This document shows, one piece after another, positions 9,801 through 19,200 of a DNA stretch of 64,000 bases. Within the stretch, counting starts at the first letter, position 1, and each line of letters begins with the position of its first letter. The stretch spans positions 1 to 64,000 of the forward strand of contig CAZWDO010000021.1 in assembly GCA_964632485.1 (NCBI GenBank). Direction: 5' to 3'. Under the pieces are notes generated by a model, which searched no databases, was not told the DNA's origin, and was given only the letters and a program-made list of their open reading frames with translations. The position numbers and the translations under genes are program-made. Source of the stretch: an uncultured bacterium. GTDB lineage: Bacteria > JAGOEH01.

Positions 9801-12800
9801 GTTTCAGCCGTCAGGGCGCTTAAGCCGCCTCCGCTGGCGCTCAAGGTCACCAATACGCCGGACAAGGGCGCGCCATCGAAGGTCACAGCGCCATTGATGG
9901 TGAAACTGCTTTGAGAAGCCGTGAAATTCTGGCCGGATTGCGTGGCGCTCAGATTGGTAAAGCTATGATTCGCCGGCGTGAAGGAGTATCCGGTTTTGGC
10001 GGGGGTTACTACGTAGTTGCCGCCTCCCGTTACGGTAAAGGAATAGACGCCGTTGCTGACGGTGGTCACGGTACCTGCGGCATCGCCGCTGAGGGTAACA
10101 GTAACGCCTGCAAGCGGTAGCGCGTTTTCGCGCACGGTGCCGCTAATGGTATAGTTATTAAGGGAAGCGCTGAAATTCTGGGCGGTTTTATTTTCACCCA
10201 GCGCCGTATAGCTGTAGTTGGCAGGTGTGAAGCTGTAATTGGCCTTAGCGGGTGTCACCGTATAATCGCCACCGGCGGCCGCGGAAAAACTATAGACGCC
10301 GTCCGCGCCGGTCGTGACGGTTTGATCGGTTTGATCGGTTTGGCCCTCGAGAACTTTGCCGTCCCCGCCAACCGCGCTCAGGGTAAGCAGAACGCCCGCC
10401 AAAGGGGTCGCGCCGGAGGTTACCGCGCCGCTGATAGTATAAGTCTGAAGAGCGGCGGTAAAATTCTGACTGGTTTTGTTTTCCATCAGATTGGTATAGC
10501 TGTAGTTCGCAGGTGTGAAACTGTGGTAGATTTTGGAGGGCGTGACCGTGAAATCGCCGCCGGCAAACAGGCCGGTGAAGGAGTAGTTGCCGCTGGCATC
10601 AGTCGTCGTGGTAGCGCTGCTGCCGCCACTCAGAGTTATCGTGACGCCGGCAAGGGGAGCGCCGGTGAGAGTGACCGCGCCGCTGATGCTATAGGTGGTG
10701 GCGGCGCCGGTAAAATCCTGATCGGTCTGATCGGCGCTGAGGTTGGTGTAGCTGTAGTTGGTGGGCGTGAAGGTGAAATTAGCCTTGGTGGGTGTCACCG
10801 TATAACTACCACCGGCATCGACCGTGAAGCTGTAGGCGCCGTTGCTGACGGTAGTGATGGTTTGGGAGGCGTCACCGGTGAGGGCCACCTGCGCGCCCGA
10901 GAGCGGACTGCCATTGAAGGTGACCGTGCCGCTGATCATATAGGTGATGAAATCGGCCGCGAAATTCTGGGCAGTTTGATCGGTGGTAAGGTTGGTATAG
11001 CTGTAATTAGCGGGAGTGAAGCTATAGTTGGTTTTAGCGGGGGTTACCGTATAACTGCCGCCGCTGGCCACAGTGAAGGAGTAATTCCCGCTGGCGTCGG
11101 TGGTGGCGGTGGCGCTGCTGCTGCCGCTGAGGGTCATGGTGACTCCGGCCAGGGGGGCGCCGGTGAGGGTTACCGTGCCGCTGATGATGACACCGCCTGC
11201 GGCCGCGGTGTAATCCTGGGCGGTCTGGTTGGTGACGCAGTTGCTGTAGTCGCGGGAACTGGGCGTGAAGGTGTAGCCGTTCTTGGAAGGCGTCACCGTG
11301 TAACTGCCCGAGGAGGCCAGGCCGCTGAAGGAGTAGTTGCCGCTGGCGTCGGTGGTGGTGGAGGAACTGCTTGAGCCGGTGAGGGACATAGTGACACCGG
11401 CGAGCGGATTGCCATTGAGCGTTACAGTGCCGCTAATATTGAAAGTCTGGTCGGTAGTTGTGAAGGTGACCTGATCGCCGTAGGCGGTGCCGACCGTGTT
11501 GGTGGCGTAGGCGCGCACGTAATAGGGAGTATTGGCGGTCAGTCCACTGAGCGAGCCCGTGAAAGCGCCGGTGGAGGCTTTGCCGCCCAAATCGACATTG
11601 GAGTTGGCGGTGGTGGGCGTGCCGGTAGTATTCCAGCAAAAGCCATGGGCCGTGGGATTGGCGGAACCGAGACTGGTGAGGTTGCCGTTACCGGTGGCCG
11701 AAGTCTGGCCGATACCGCTCACCGCCTGAGTGGTCACCGTGGGCGCCGATGGCGGGGGCGTGCCCGGCGTGGCATACACGCGAATCACGGGATCTCGGTC
11801 GTTCTTGGCTGTCCAGCTACTGCCGTTTGAACTGATCCAAAAAACTCCGGATTCCAGGGTACATGTAGAATAACCCGCTGATTCTTTTTCAAAGGGGATC
11901 GGAAGATTATATCCCGGGGTGGTATATTTGACCTTCACATAAAAATCGTTGCCGCTGGTCATATTGACGTCCGTGCCCAGATCCCAGGTATAATAACCGG
12001 CATAAGTACAGGACTGGGCGGCCAGATGGGCCAACTCATTGGAAAGGGTAGTACCGTTGAAATCGTCGTAGATCCAAATTTCGACGGTGGATCCATCGGT
12101 ATTGGCCCAGGTGGAGACCTTGGAAAGCAAATGGTTGCCGGAAGCGGTGAATTTCACCATCCCATAGCCGACCGTATTGCTGTAACCAGTATTCCAGCCG
12201 GTCCAGCCCGTCTCATCGTATTTGTACTGTACAGCATTGGCGTTATAGGCCAGCCGCGAGGGAAATATCCCCACATCATTGTTGATGCTGCTGCTATTGT
12301 AGGCGAGGTAGAAATAGCCGCCATCGCCCCAGCCGCTGCTCCAACTGTTCTTGATGATCCAGGCGCCGGTGCCGCCGGCCGTGGCCTTGTTGTCGTCCCA
12401 GCCGACAATGGTGACCGCATGATTGGTGCCTTCGGCGCCGCTGTAGTAGTAGGTGTAGTTGCCGGCGTTGTAGTTAGCGGCGTTATAGTACATGTTGGTA
12501 TAGACTGCGCCGTAGGTTTGCAGGGCGGACTTGATGCTCGCGGCATCGGTCGGCAGGTACCAGGCGTTATCGACGAAACCCTGCAGGGTCAGGCCCGAAG
12601 GGCAGTCCACCGTAGTGTGGCTCTCATCGTAGGGGTCTTCCGCCTCGCTGTAAGGGCCGGACCAGCGCGCCAGGTAATTGGCGGCGATTTCGTAATTGCC
12701 GCCGGCGCAGGGTTCCCATACAAATCCGGTATGGCAGGTATTGAGGTTATCCTCGGAGAGGTCGTACGTGCCGTAGCCGGCGATCTGCCAGCGCGATTCG

Positions 12801-13141
12801 AGCACGGCCATGGCGGCGAAGGTCCAGCAGCCGCCGCAGCTTCCCTGGTCCTTCACCGAAGTCACGCCGCCGGTGTTGCGCAGATCGTAGCTGGCGGGAT
12901 CGGCCATCGGCTTCTGCAGTCCGCTTTGATTCAGATTGACATTTTTTTTGTACATGGGCGGTATATAGCCCAGGGCATGGCCATCGGCGGTCATGCTCGT
13001 CAAGGTTCCCTTTTGCTTCTGCTCCAGCCATTTTAAATAATCGGGATTGATTTCCGCGTGGTCCCGAGGCTGGGGGGCTTGCGCCAGCAAAACACTCGCG
13101 GCGATCAGCAGGCAAAAAAACAAAAAAATAAACCGTTTCAT
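6842..13141 (-). CDS. Large secreted C1A cysteine peptidase (paralogue A, 2099 aa): signal peptide, C1A, lectin-like, 10 x ~83-aa Ig/CarboxypepD-like repeats, FN3-like/PKD, T9SS/FlgD-type CTD
   Basis: Catalytic motifs QGSCGGCW, NHAVTIVGW, WIIKNSW. Repeats xISGxV...YSF...YTVTP. PKD motif YHWDFGDG. CTD YPNPFNS...W.G.D..G...PTGIYFYRI...K. Confidence 0.9.
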   Translation of the reverse strand: MKRFIFLFFCLLIAASVLLAQAPQPRDHAEINPDYLKWLEQKQKGTLTSMTADGHALGYIPPMYKKNVNLNQSGLQKPMADPASYDLRNTGGVTSVKDQGSCGGCWTFAAMAVLESRWQIAGYGTYDLSEDNLNTCHTGFVWEPCAGGNYEIAANYLARWSGPYSEAEDPYDESHTTVDCPSGLTLQGFVDNAWYLPTDAASIKSALQTYGAVYTNMYYNAANYNAGNYTYYYSGAEGTNHAVTIVGWDDNKATAGGTGAWIIKNSWSSGWGDGGYFYLAYNSSSINNDVGIFPSRLAYNANAVQYKYDETGWTGWNTGYSNTVGYGMVKFTASGNHLLSKVSTWANTDGSTVEIWIYDDFNGTTLSNELAHLAAQSCTYAGYYTWDLGTDVNMTSGNDFYVKVKYTTPGYNLPIPFEKESAGYSTCTLESGVFWISSNGSSWTAKNDRDPVIRVYATPGTPPPSAPTVTTQAVSGIGQTSATGNGNLTSLGSANPTAHGFCWNTTGTPTTANSNVDLGGKASTGAFTGSLSGLTANTPYYVRAYATNTVGTAYGDQVTFTTTDQTFNISGTVTLNGNPLAGVTMSLTGSSSSSTTTDASGNYSFSGLASSGSYTVTPSKNGYTFTPSSRDYSNCVTNQTAQDYTAAAGGVIISGTVTLTGAPLAGVTMTLSGSSSATATTDASGNYSFTVASGGSYTVTPAKTNYSFTPANYSYTNLTTDQTAQNFAADFITYMISGTVTFNGSPLSGAQVALTGDASQTITTVSNGAYSFTVDAGGSYTVTPTKANFTFTPTNYSYTNLSADQTDQDFTGAATTYSISGAVTLTGAPLAGVTITLSGGSSATTTTDASGNYSFTGLFAGGDFTVTPSKIYHSFTPANYSYTNLMENKTSQNFTAALQTYTISGAVTSGATPLAGVLLTLSAVGGDGKVLEGQTDQTDQTVTTGADGVYSFSAAAGGDYTVTPAKANYSFTPANYSYTALGENKTAQNFSASLNNYTISGTVRENALPLAGVTVTLSGDAAGTVTTVSNGVYSFTVTGGGNYVVTPAKTGYSFTPANHSFTNLSATQSGQNFTASQSSFTINGAVTFDGAPLSGVLVTLSASGGGLSALTAETVTTGADGAYSFTAAAGGDYMVTPSKTNYSFTPANYTYTALSEAKTAQNFSATLNNYTISGTVRENAQSLEGVTVTLSGDAAGTVTTVSNGVYSFTVTGGGDYTVTPTKTGYTFSPTNYSYTDLSASQSGQNFTASQSSFTISGAISASGSPLSGVLVTLSGDASQTLTTVSNGAYSFTVSAGGDYAVTPTKTGYTFSPTNYSYTDLSASQSGQNFTASQSSFTISGAISASGSPLSGVLVTLSGDASQTLTTVSNGAYSFTVSAGGNYTVQPQKQFYSFTPSNAVFNSLAANQSQNFSAAAVLPGAPVLTSPADESVERPLDPWLSWQTELNSETYTLEVATDNAFSHLVASQSNLATMIVQISGLDYYTIYYWRVKGVNPHGAGSWSDIWSFRTLMPDLAAQIVLPTQNVTIEEGESVYFQGSEPTVNTPVVYHWDFGDGRSASVMTPGDVAFNTAGIYTVTYWYATTDGLHESNRATRQVTVEEPSVTIPLIFTVPPYHEIVKKKAWIKWQTNLPSEAEFRLGVSKLSLEPQTLPEGPKTSHFAALTRLQSNQWYYYQVLAFTDEEELESAIDSFLIRAETEDSQPPYVIRLLIFKYKTKAYLYFSYNEPSVATLFYWINPQSVTQSLAQNDYAKSHWFQLSNLQPNTTYYFELSMMDMSGNTGWFPPRNALAKAADDSPDSSFSTTDDDDSQLPAFTAWQVFLHHNGQLGMSWQTDEPCTYKLELSQSGNLIGAFSDTAEYEIERTFVATGLENGATYRVSLLITDPEGNETQYEADVQIEASTPQAPQCNFIGYEVMNDNLLVHWTSDQPATSELRWGRSTAALDQALAQNELTTDHWMALNDVALDQDVYFQVRACQPTNDICADWSSVEHYTAVDVAEGGTIPHLKSRMMDYHYGYPNPFNSRLSVVYRLKTAGKARVEIFNSLGQILSVLDDQYRAAGEYRLTWNGHDATGRAMPTGIYFYRILCGNEIFVRKISLVK
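9009..9492. repeat. Intragenic exact repeat, 235 bp identical at 249-bp period (9009-9243 = 9258-9492)
   Basis: Read directly from the DNA; spans stalk repeats 8-10 of paralogue A. Confidence 0.9.
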
Positions 13142-13855
13142 GATCTCCTCCTTAAAGGGTGGGGTTCGGGCATTTTCTTACTAAAAATTACTAATTCCAT
13201 TAGCGCGCGTTCAGTAGAATCCTCGTCATACCGGAAGCAGGCAAGGCTATCCCAGAGTGATGCCGAAGAAGCGCTATCCGTGATTTCAGCTAAAGCGGGA
13301 ATCTGCGGTCAGCGGCGAAAAATAGCCGGTATCCATCTTAAAACCTTCGGCATGGCAAACAGTGGACCGAAAAGTAAATCGCGTCTAACTCTATTATAAT
13401 AACAAATGAATTTTTGTCAACATTTTTTTTCCCGGCAAAAAACCCAGACAATATATAATAAAAGCGCCGGATCGATCAGTTCGTTTACAGCAAATTTTTA
13501 TAAATCATTTACAACCCATTGGGATACAGATGAATATTGAAGTCTAATCCAATGATGTATTGATCAAATAGTATTTCAAAGCCTCAATTTTCAGAAAGAT
13601 TTTCTACTTGACAATCGAAAAAAAAAGATTTATAATAAATTAAATTCACAACGATTGAACAGATATCTATTAGAGATATGGGAAGAGTAATTGGATACCT
13701 ACATCCACGGCTAAGCGGGCGCTTCAATGAAAAACAAACTGGATATCAAATCAGGCGCTAAAATCTCCATTGAGAACGGTTTCGGACAACATGGATGAGT
13801 ATGATTACCGATAAAACGCTTTTATGGAACGCCATGAATTAAACAAGGACAAGAG

Positions 13856-16120
13856 ATGGGTTTTTTTGCAAATCTTCACCCCACAACGATTCTCGATTGG
13901 GCGATTTCCGTTTTCAAGGCTCCAAAATCCGCCGATAGCGCCACGCTTAAAGACTGGCGCTTCCAATTAGTAAATATGATGATTACACTCATCGTGCTAA
14001 TTTTTGTTCCATTCACATTTATCTTCACCCTCCCGGATTTTATTCACACTGAAAAATATATACTGGTGGGTTTAGATATTGCTTTGTATCTGCTCGCCCT
14101 CATCCATTTTTTAACGCGTGGGAAAACGATTCTTCGTCATCCCACGTTATGGTTGATTTATATTTATATCATGTCGATCATGTTTCACTATGACCTGGGG
14201 CCCCTGGGGGCGCGGCCCGTATGGCTAATCATGACGGCTTCGGTTGCCGTGCTTTTTTATGGATTGCGAGCCATTTGGCCGGTTCTGATACTCAATATCT
14301 CTATTCTCTATATTTTTTACTATTTCTTCGCCCCTTCTCTGGAATCCTGGACCTACGTCCTCTCATTGGGAACCAATTGGTTTAATATGTTTGCCGTCAA
14401 TCTAATGGGTTTGACGTTGACGATTGTATTCCCGATTGGTTTTATGTTGAAACGGCTGGATCAGGCTCTGGAGCGGGAACGAAACGCCCAGATACAATTA
14501 AGTAATGACAAGAATCATCTTGACGAGATTAATAAAAAATTACAGACTGAAATCAATCAGCGCGAGATTGAACAACAGGCCCGACTGGAGAGTGAATTCC
14601 AATTCCAAAATCTTTTCAATTCCAGTCCCGGGGGAATCGGTATGATCAATCTCAAAGGCCACATCATCAATGTGAATTCAAAAATGGTTCAACTTTTTGG
14701 CTATACCCGATATGAATTTGAGACGATGAATTATACCCAATTAATCTGTCCCGATTTTCTCTTTACTTTAGAGATGTATCGAAAACAACTTCTCAGGGGG
14801 ATTCCAATAAACGGGAAATTAGATATTGAATGTATGCGTAAGGATCGATCGACATTTCCCAGCAACATCAACGGTTGGTTGATCACCGATACGGATAAAA
14901 AACCAAAAGGCATCGGTTTTTTCCTTAATGATGTTTCCATCGAGAAGGAACTCGCTAAAGACAAACAGGAACTGGAAAAACAGCTCTATCAGACACAGAA
15001 GATGGAAGCGATCGGGACTTTGGCAGGCGGTATCGCTCATGATTTTAATAATATCATTGGGGGTATCTACGGTTATGCCGAGTTGGCGAAAAAGATGATG
15101 GAGCTTAATCGAAATAAAGCCCTGGAATATATGGAACAGATCATCATCGCCGCTGACCGGGCAAAGGAGTTGGTACGACAGATACTCCGTTTCAGTCGCC
15201 AGGATAACCAGGAATTTTTCCCGCTGCATTTAGCGGATTCAGTCAAAGAAGTTGTGACATTGCTCAGATCAACCTTTCCTTCTTCAATTAAAATCGAAAT
15301 AAAGATTGAAACCCAGTATGATCTCATCATCGCTGACGCTACCCAAATCCATCAGGTCATCATGAATTTGTGCACAAATGCCTATCATGCAATGAAACCG
15401 GAGCGGGGGGTATTAACGATTAACTTGTATAATCAGACGATTACAGAGAACACACTGATTTACGATGCATGGATTGATGCTGGCGAATATGTTTGCCTGA
15501 GTTTCTGCGATACCGGAAAAGGTATCCCTCCGGAAATTCGGAATCGGATATTTGAGCCCTATTTCACCACCAAGAACAAAAACGAAGGTACAGGATTAGG
15601 ACTATCCGTAACCCAAGGGATCATGAAATCGCATCGTGGCCATATCAACTTGATCAGTGAGTTGGGGAAAGGAACTACTTTTTACATCTATTTCCCTCTC
15701 AGCCGGCAGGAAACGGAAGAAAAAGCCAAACTGACCGCCAATAAATTTCATGGAAACGGTCAGCATATCTGCGTGATTGATGATGAAATTTTTTTACTTG
15801 ATATTTTTCAACAATATTTAACAGAAGCTGGTTATAAAATATCAGTTTACAATAATCCACTCACAGCCTATGATTATTATTGCCATCATCCGGATGAGTT
15901 TGATCTGATTATTACCGACCTGAATATGACTGAGATGACCGGATTGGAACTGGCTCAAGCGATGAAGAAGAATATGCCCGGGGCGCCTCCCATCATTTTA
16001 TGCACCGGATTCAGTGATATTATCAATAGCAGCAATTATCACGAATACGGGTTTTCGGCCATGCTCTGGAAACCGGTCAACCGACGGGATATATTGGAGA
16101 CGATTCATCCCTTGCTTTAA
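13856..16120 (+). CDS. Hybrid sensor histidine kinase, second identical copy
   Basis: Translation identical to 4419-6683. Confidence 0.93.
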   Translation: MGFFANLHPTTILDWAISVFKAPKSADSATLKDWRFQLVNMMITLIVLIFVPFTFIFTLPDFIHTEKYILVGLDIALYLLALIHFLTRGKTILRHPTLWLIYIYIMSIMFHYDLGPLGARPVWLIMTASVAVLFYGLRAIWPVLILNISILYIFYYFFAPSLESWTYVLSLGTNWFNMFAVNLMGLTLTIVFPIGFMLKRLDQALERERNAQIQLSNDKNHLDEINKKLQTEINQREIEQQARLESEFQFQNLFNSSPGGIGMINLKGHIINVNSKMVQLFGYTRYEFETMNYTQLICPDFLFTLEMYRKQLLRGIPINGKLDIECMRKDRSTFPSNINGWLITDTDKKPKGIGFFLNDVSIEKELAKDKQELEKQLYQTQKMEAIGTLAGGIAHDFNNIIGGIYGYAELAKKMMELNRNKALEYMEQIIIAADRAKELVRQILRFSRQDNQEFFPLHLADSVKEVVTLLRSTFPSSIKIEIKIETQYDLIIADATQIHQVIMNLCTNAYHAMKPERGVLTINLYNQTITENTLIYDAWIDAGEYVCLSFCDTGKGIPPEIRNRIFEPYFTTKNKNEGTGLGLSVTQGIMKSHRGHINLISELGKGTTFYIYFPLSRQETEEKAKLTANKFHGNGQHICVIDDEIFLLDIFQQYLTEAGYKISVYNNPLTAYDYYCHHPDEFDLIITDLNMTEMTGLELAQAMKKNMPGAPPIILCTGFSDIINSSNYHEYGFSAMLWKPVNRRDILETIHPLL

Positions 16121-16171
16121 ACGCTTGATGGGCGCTAAGAGCTATTTCCCCCGGCTCATCCTGCCGGAATG

Positions 16172-16268
16172 CCCCCTCACCCTGCCCTCTCCCCCACAGG
16201 GGCGAGGGGAAAGTTGAAGACCCTCTCCCCCTAAAGGGGCGAGGGGAAAGACCCACAGGGTGAGGGGA
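16172..16268. repeat. Second copy of the CCCTCTCCCC palindromic element
   Basis: Identical to 6735-6831. Confidence 0.7.
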
Positions 16269-16278
16269 AAAAAGGCTT

Positions 16279-19200
16279 TTATTTTACCAAAGAAATCTTG
16301 CGGACAAAAATTTCGTTGCCGCAGAGGATGCGATAGAAATAGATACCGGTGGGCATGGCGCGACCGGTCGCATCATGGCCATTCCAGGTCAGGCGGTATT
16401 CGCCGGCGGCCCGGTATTGGTCGTCCAGCACCGACAATATCTGTCCCAGGGAATTAAAAATCTCCACCCGCGCCTTGCCGGCTGTTTTTAGACGGTAAAC
16501 CACCGACAAACGGCTATTGAACGGATTGGGGTAGCCGTAATGATAATCCATCATGCGGCTTTTCAGATGGGGGATCGTCCCGCCTTCAGCCACATCCACT
16601 GCTGTATAATGCTCCACTGATGACCAGTCGGCGCAAATATCGTTCGTCGGCTGACAAGCACGGACCTGGAAATAAACGTCCTGGTCGAGCGCCACATCAT
16701 TGAGCGCCATCCAATGATCGGTCGTCAACTCGTTCTGGGCCAGCGCTTGGTCGAGCGCGGCGGTTGAACGGCCCCAACGCAATTCCGAGGTCGCCGGCTG
16801 GTCGCTGGTCCAATGGACCAGCAGATTATCGTTCATCACTTCATATCCGATGAAATTGCACTGTGGCGCCTGAGGCGTCGATGCTTCTATCTGAACATCC
16901 GCCTCATATTGAGTTTCGTTGCCCTCAGGATCAGTTATCAACAATGAAACCCTATAGGTCGCGCCGTTTTCCAAACCAGTCGCCACAAAGGTCCGTTCGA
17001 TTTCGTATTCCGCTGTGTCGCTGAACGCGCCGATCAAATTGCCGCTTTGGCTCAATTCCAGTTTATAGGTACACGGTTCGTCGGTTTGCCAGCTCATCCC
17101 GAGTTGGCCGTTGTGATGCAAAAAGACTTGCCAGGCGGTAAAAGCCGGCAGTTGGGAATCATCATCATCGGTGGTGCTGAAACTGCTATCCGGCGAATCA
17201 TCGGCGGCTTTGGCCAGGGCGTTCCGGGGCGGGAACCAGCCGGTGTTGCCGCTCATGTCCATCATGGACAACTCAAAATAATAGGTCGTGTTCGGTTGCA
17301 GATTCGATAATTGGAACCAGTGGGATTTGGCATAATCGTTCTGCGCCAGCGATTGCGTTACTGATTGCGGATTAATCCAATAAAAGAGGGTGGCGACTGA
17401 TGGCTCATTGTAGCTAAAATAGAGATAAGCCTTGGTTTTGTATTTGAAAATCAGCAACCGGATCACATAGGGCGGCTGGGAATCTTCAGTCTCAGCCCGG
17501 ATTAAAAATGAATCAATGGCCGATTCCAATTCTTCTTCATCCGTAAAGGCCAACACTTGATAATAGTACCATTGGTTGCTCTGCAAGCGAGTAAGGGCTG
17601 CGAAATGGCTTGTTTTTGGGCCTTCCGGCAGCGTCTGCGGCTCAAGGCTCAGCTTAGAAACACCCAGTCTGAATTCAGCCTCGGACGGCAGATTGGTCTG
17701 CCACTTGATCCAGGCTTTTTTCTTCACAATTTCATGATACGGGGGAACTGTAAAAATCAGGGGAATCGTCACCGAAGGCTCTTCCACCGTGACTTGACGC
17801 GTGGCGCGGTTGCTTTCGTGCAGGCCGTCGGTTGTCGCATACCAGTAGGTAACGGTATAAATACCAGCGGTGTTGAAGGCCACATCCCCGGGGGTCATCA
17901 CCGATGCGCTCCGGCCATCGCCGAAATCCCAATGATACACGACCGGCGTGTTTACCGTTGGCTCGCTGCCCTGGAAATAAACGCTTTCACCTTCTTCGAT
18001 GGTAACGTTCTGGGTCGGAAGTACAATTTGGGCCGCTAAATCCGGCATGAGGGTGCGGAAACTCCAGATATCGGACCAGGAACCCGCGCCATGGGGATTA
18101 ACGCCTTTCACCCGCCAATAATAGATGGTGTAATAGTCCAGGCCGCTGATCTGAACGATCATGGTCGCCAGGTTGCTCTGCGACGCCACTAAATGGCTGA
18201 AGGCGTTGTCCGTGGCCACTTCAAGAGTGTAGGTTTCGCTGTTAAGTTCCGTCTGCCAGCTCAACCAGGGATCAAGCGGGCGCTCAACCGATTCATCAGC
18301 GGGAGAAGTCAAAACGGGGGCGCCGGGCAGTACGGCCGCAGCGGAAAAATTCTGCGACTGATTGGCGGCCAGGCTATTGAAGACGGCGTTGGAGGGTGTA
18401 AAACTGTAAAACTGTTTTTGCGGTTGCACGGTATAATTACCGCCCCCCGTTACGGTAAAGGAATAGACTCCGGAGCTGGTGGTAGTCACGCTGCTTGCGG
18501 CATCTCCGCTGAGGGCGACGCTAACGCCGCTCAACCCCGTCGAGCCGACGCGCACTGTTCCACTAATGGTGTAGCTGTTGAGGGTGGCGCTGAAATTTTG
18601 GCCGGATTGCGAGGCGCTCAAATCGGTATAGCTGTAATTCGTGGGAGAAAAGGTGTATCCGGTTTTCGTGGGGGTGACGGTATAATTACCGCCCCCCGTT
18701 ACGGTAAAGGAATAGACTCCGGAGCTGGTGGTAGTCACGCTGCTTGCGGCATCTCCGCTGAGGGCGACGCTAACGCCGCTCAACCCCGTCGAGCCGACGC
18801 GCGCTGTTCCACTAATGGTGTAAGTTTGAGCGGAAGTGGTGAAGGTTACCTGACTGCCGTAAGCCGTACCAACACTATTGGTGGCATAGGCGCGCACGTA
18901 ATAGGGCGTATTGGCGGTCAGCCCGCTGAGCGCGCCGCTGAAGGAGCCGGTGGAGGTTTTCGCGCCCAGATCGATACTGGAACTGAAGGTGGTGGGCGCG
19001 CCGGAACTGTTCCAGCAGAAACCGTGAGCTGTGGGATTCGAAGATCCGAGATTGGTGACCGCGCCGTTGCCGGTGGCCGATGTCTGGCCGATTCCGCTCA
19101 CTGCCTCGGTGGTCACTGTGGGCGTGGATTGCGTCGGCGTTGAGGGGCCGGCGATCACGCGAATGCAGGGGTCGCTATCGTTTCTAGCGCTCCAGGAGGA

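Larger units (their letters stand above)
1..18438. repeat. Direct tandem duplication, period 9,437 bp (1-9001 = 9438-18438)
   Basis: Every ORF in 162-9001 recurs 9,437 bp later with an identical translation (885/10322, 4419/13856, 6842/16279). Spot-checked DNA is identical. Identity ends at ACGGTATAATT (9001/18438). The left end is off-window. Confidence 0.95.

Noticed and set aside
9009-18822. Diversity-generating retroelement TR/VR pair suggested by near-identical repeats
   Set aside because: No reverse transcriptase in the window, the repeats are in-frame domain duplications, and no adenine-specific mismatch pattern is seen.
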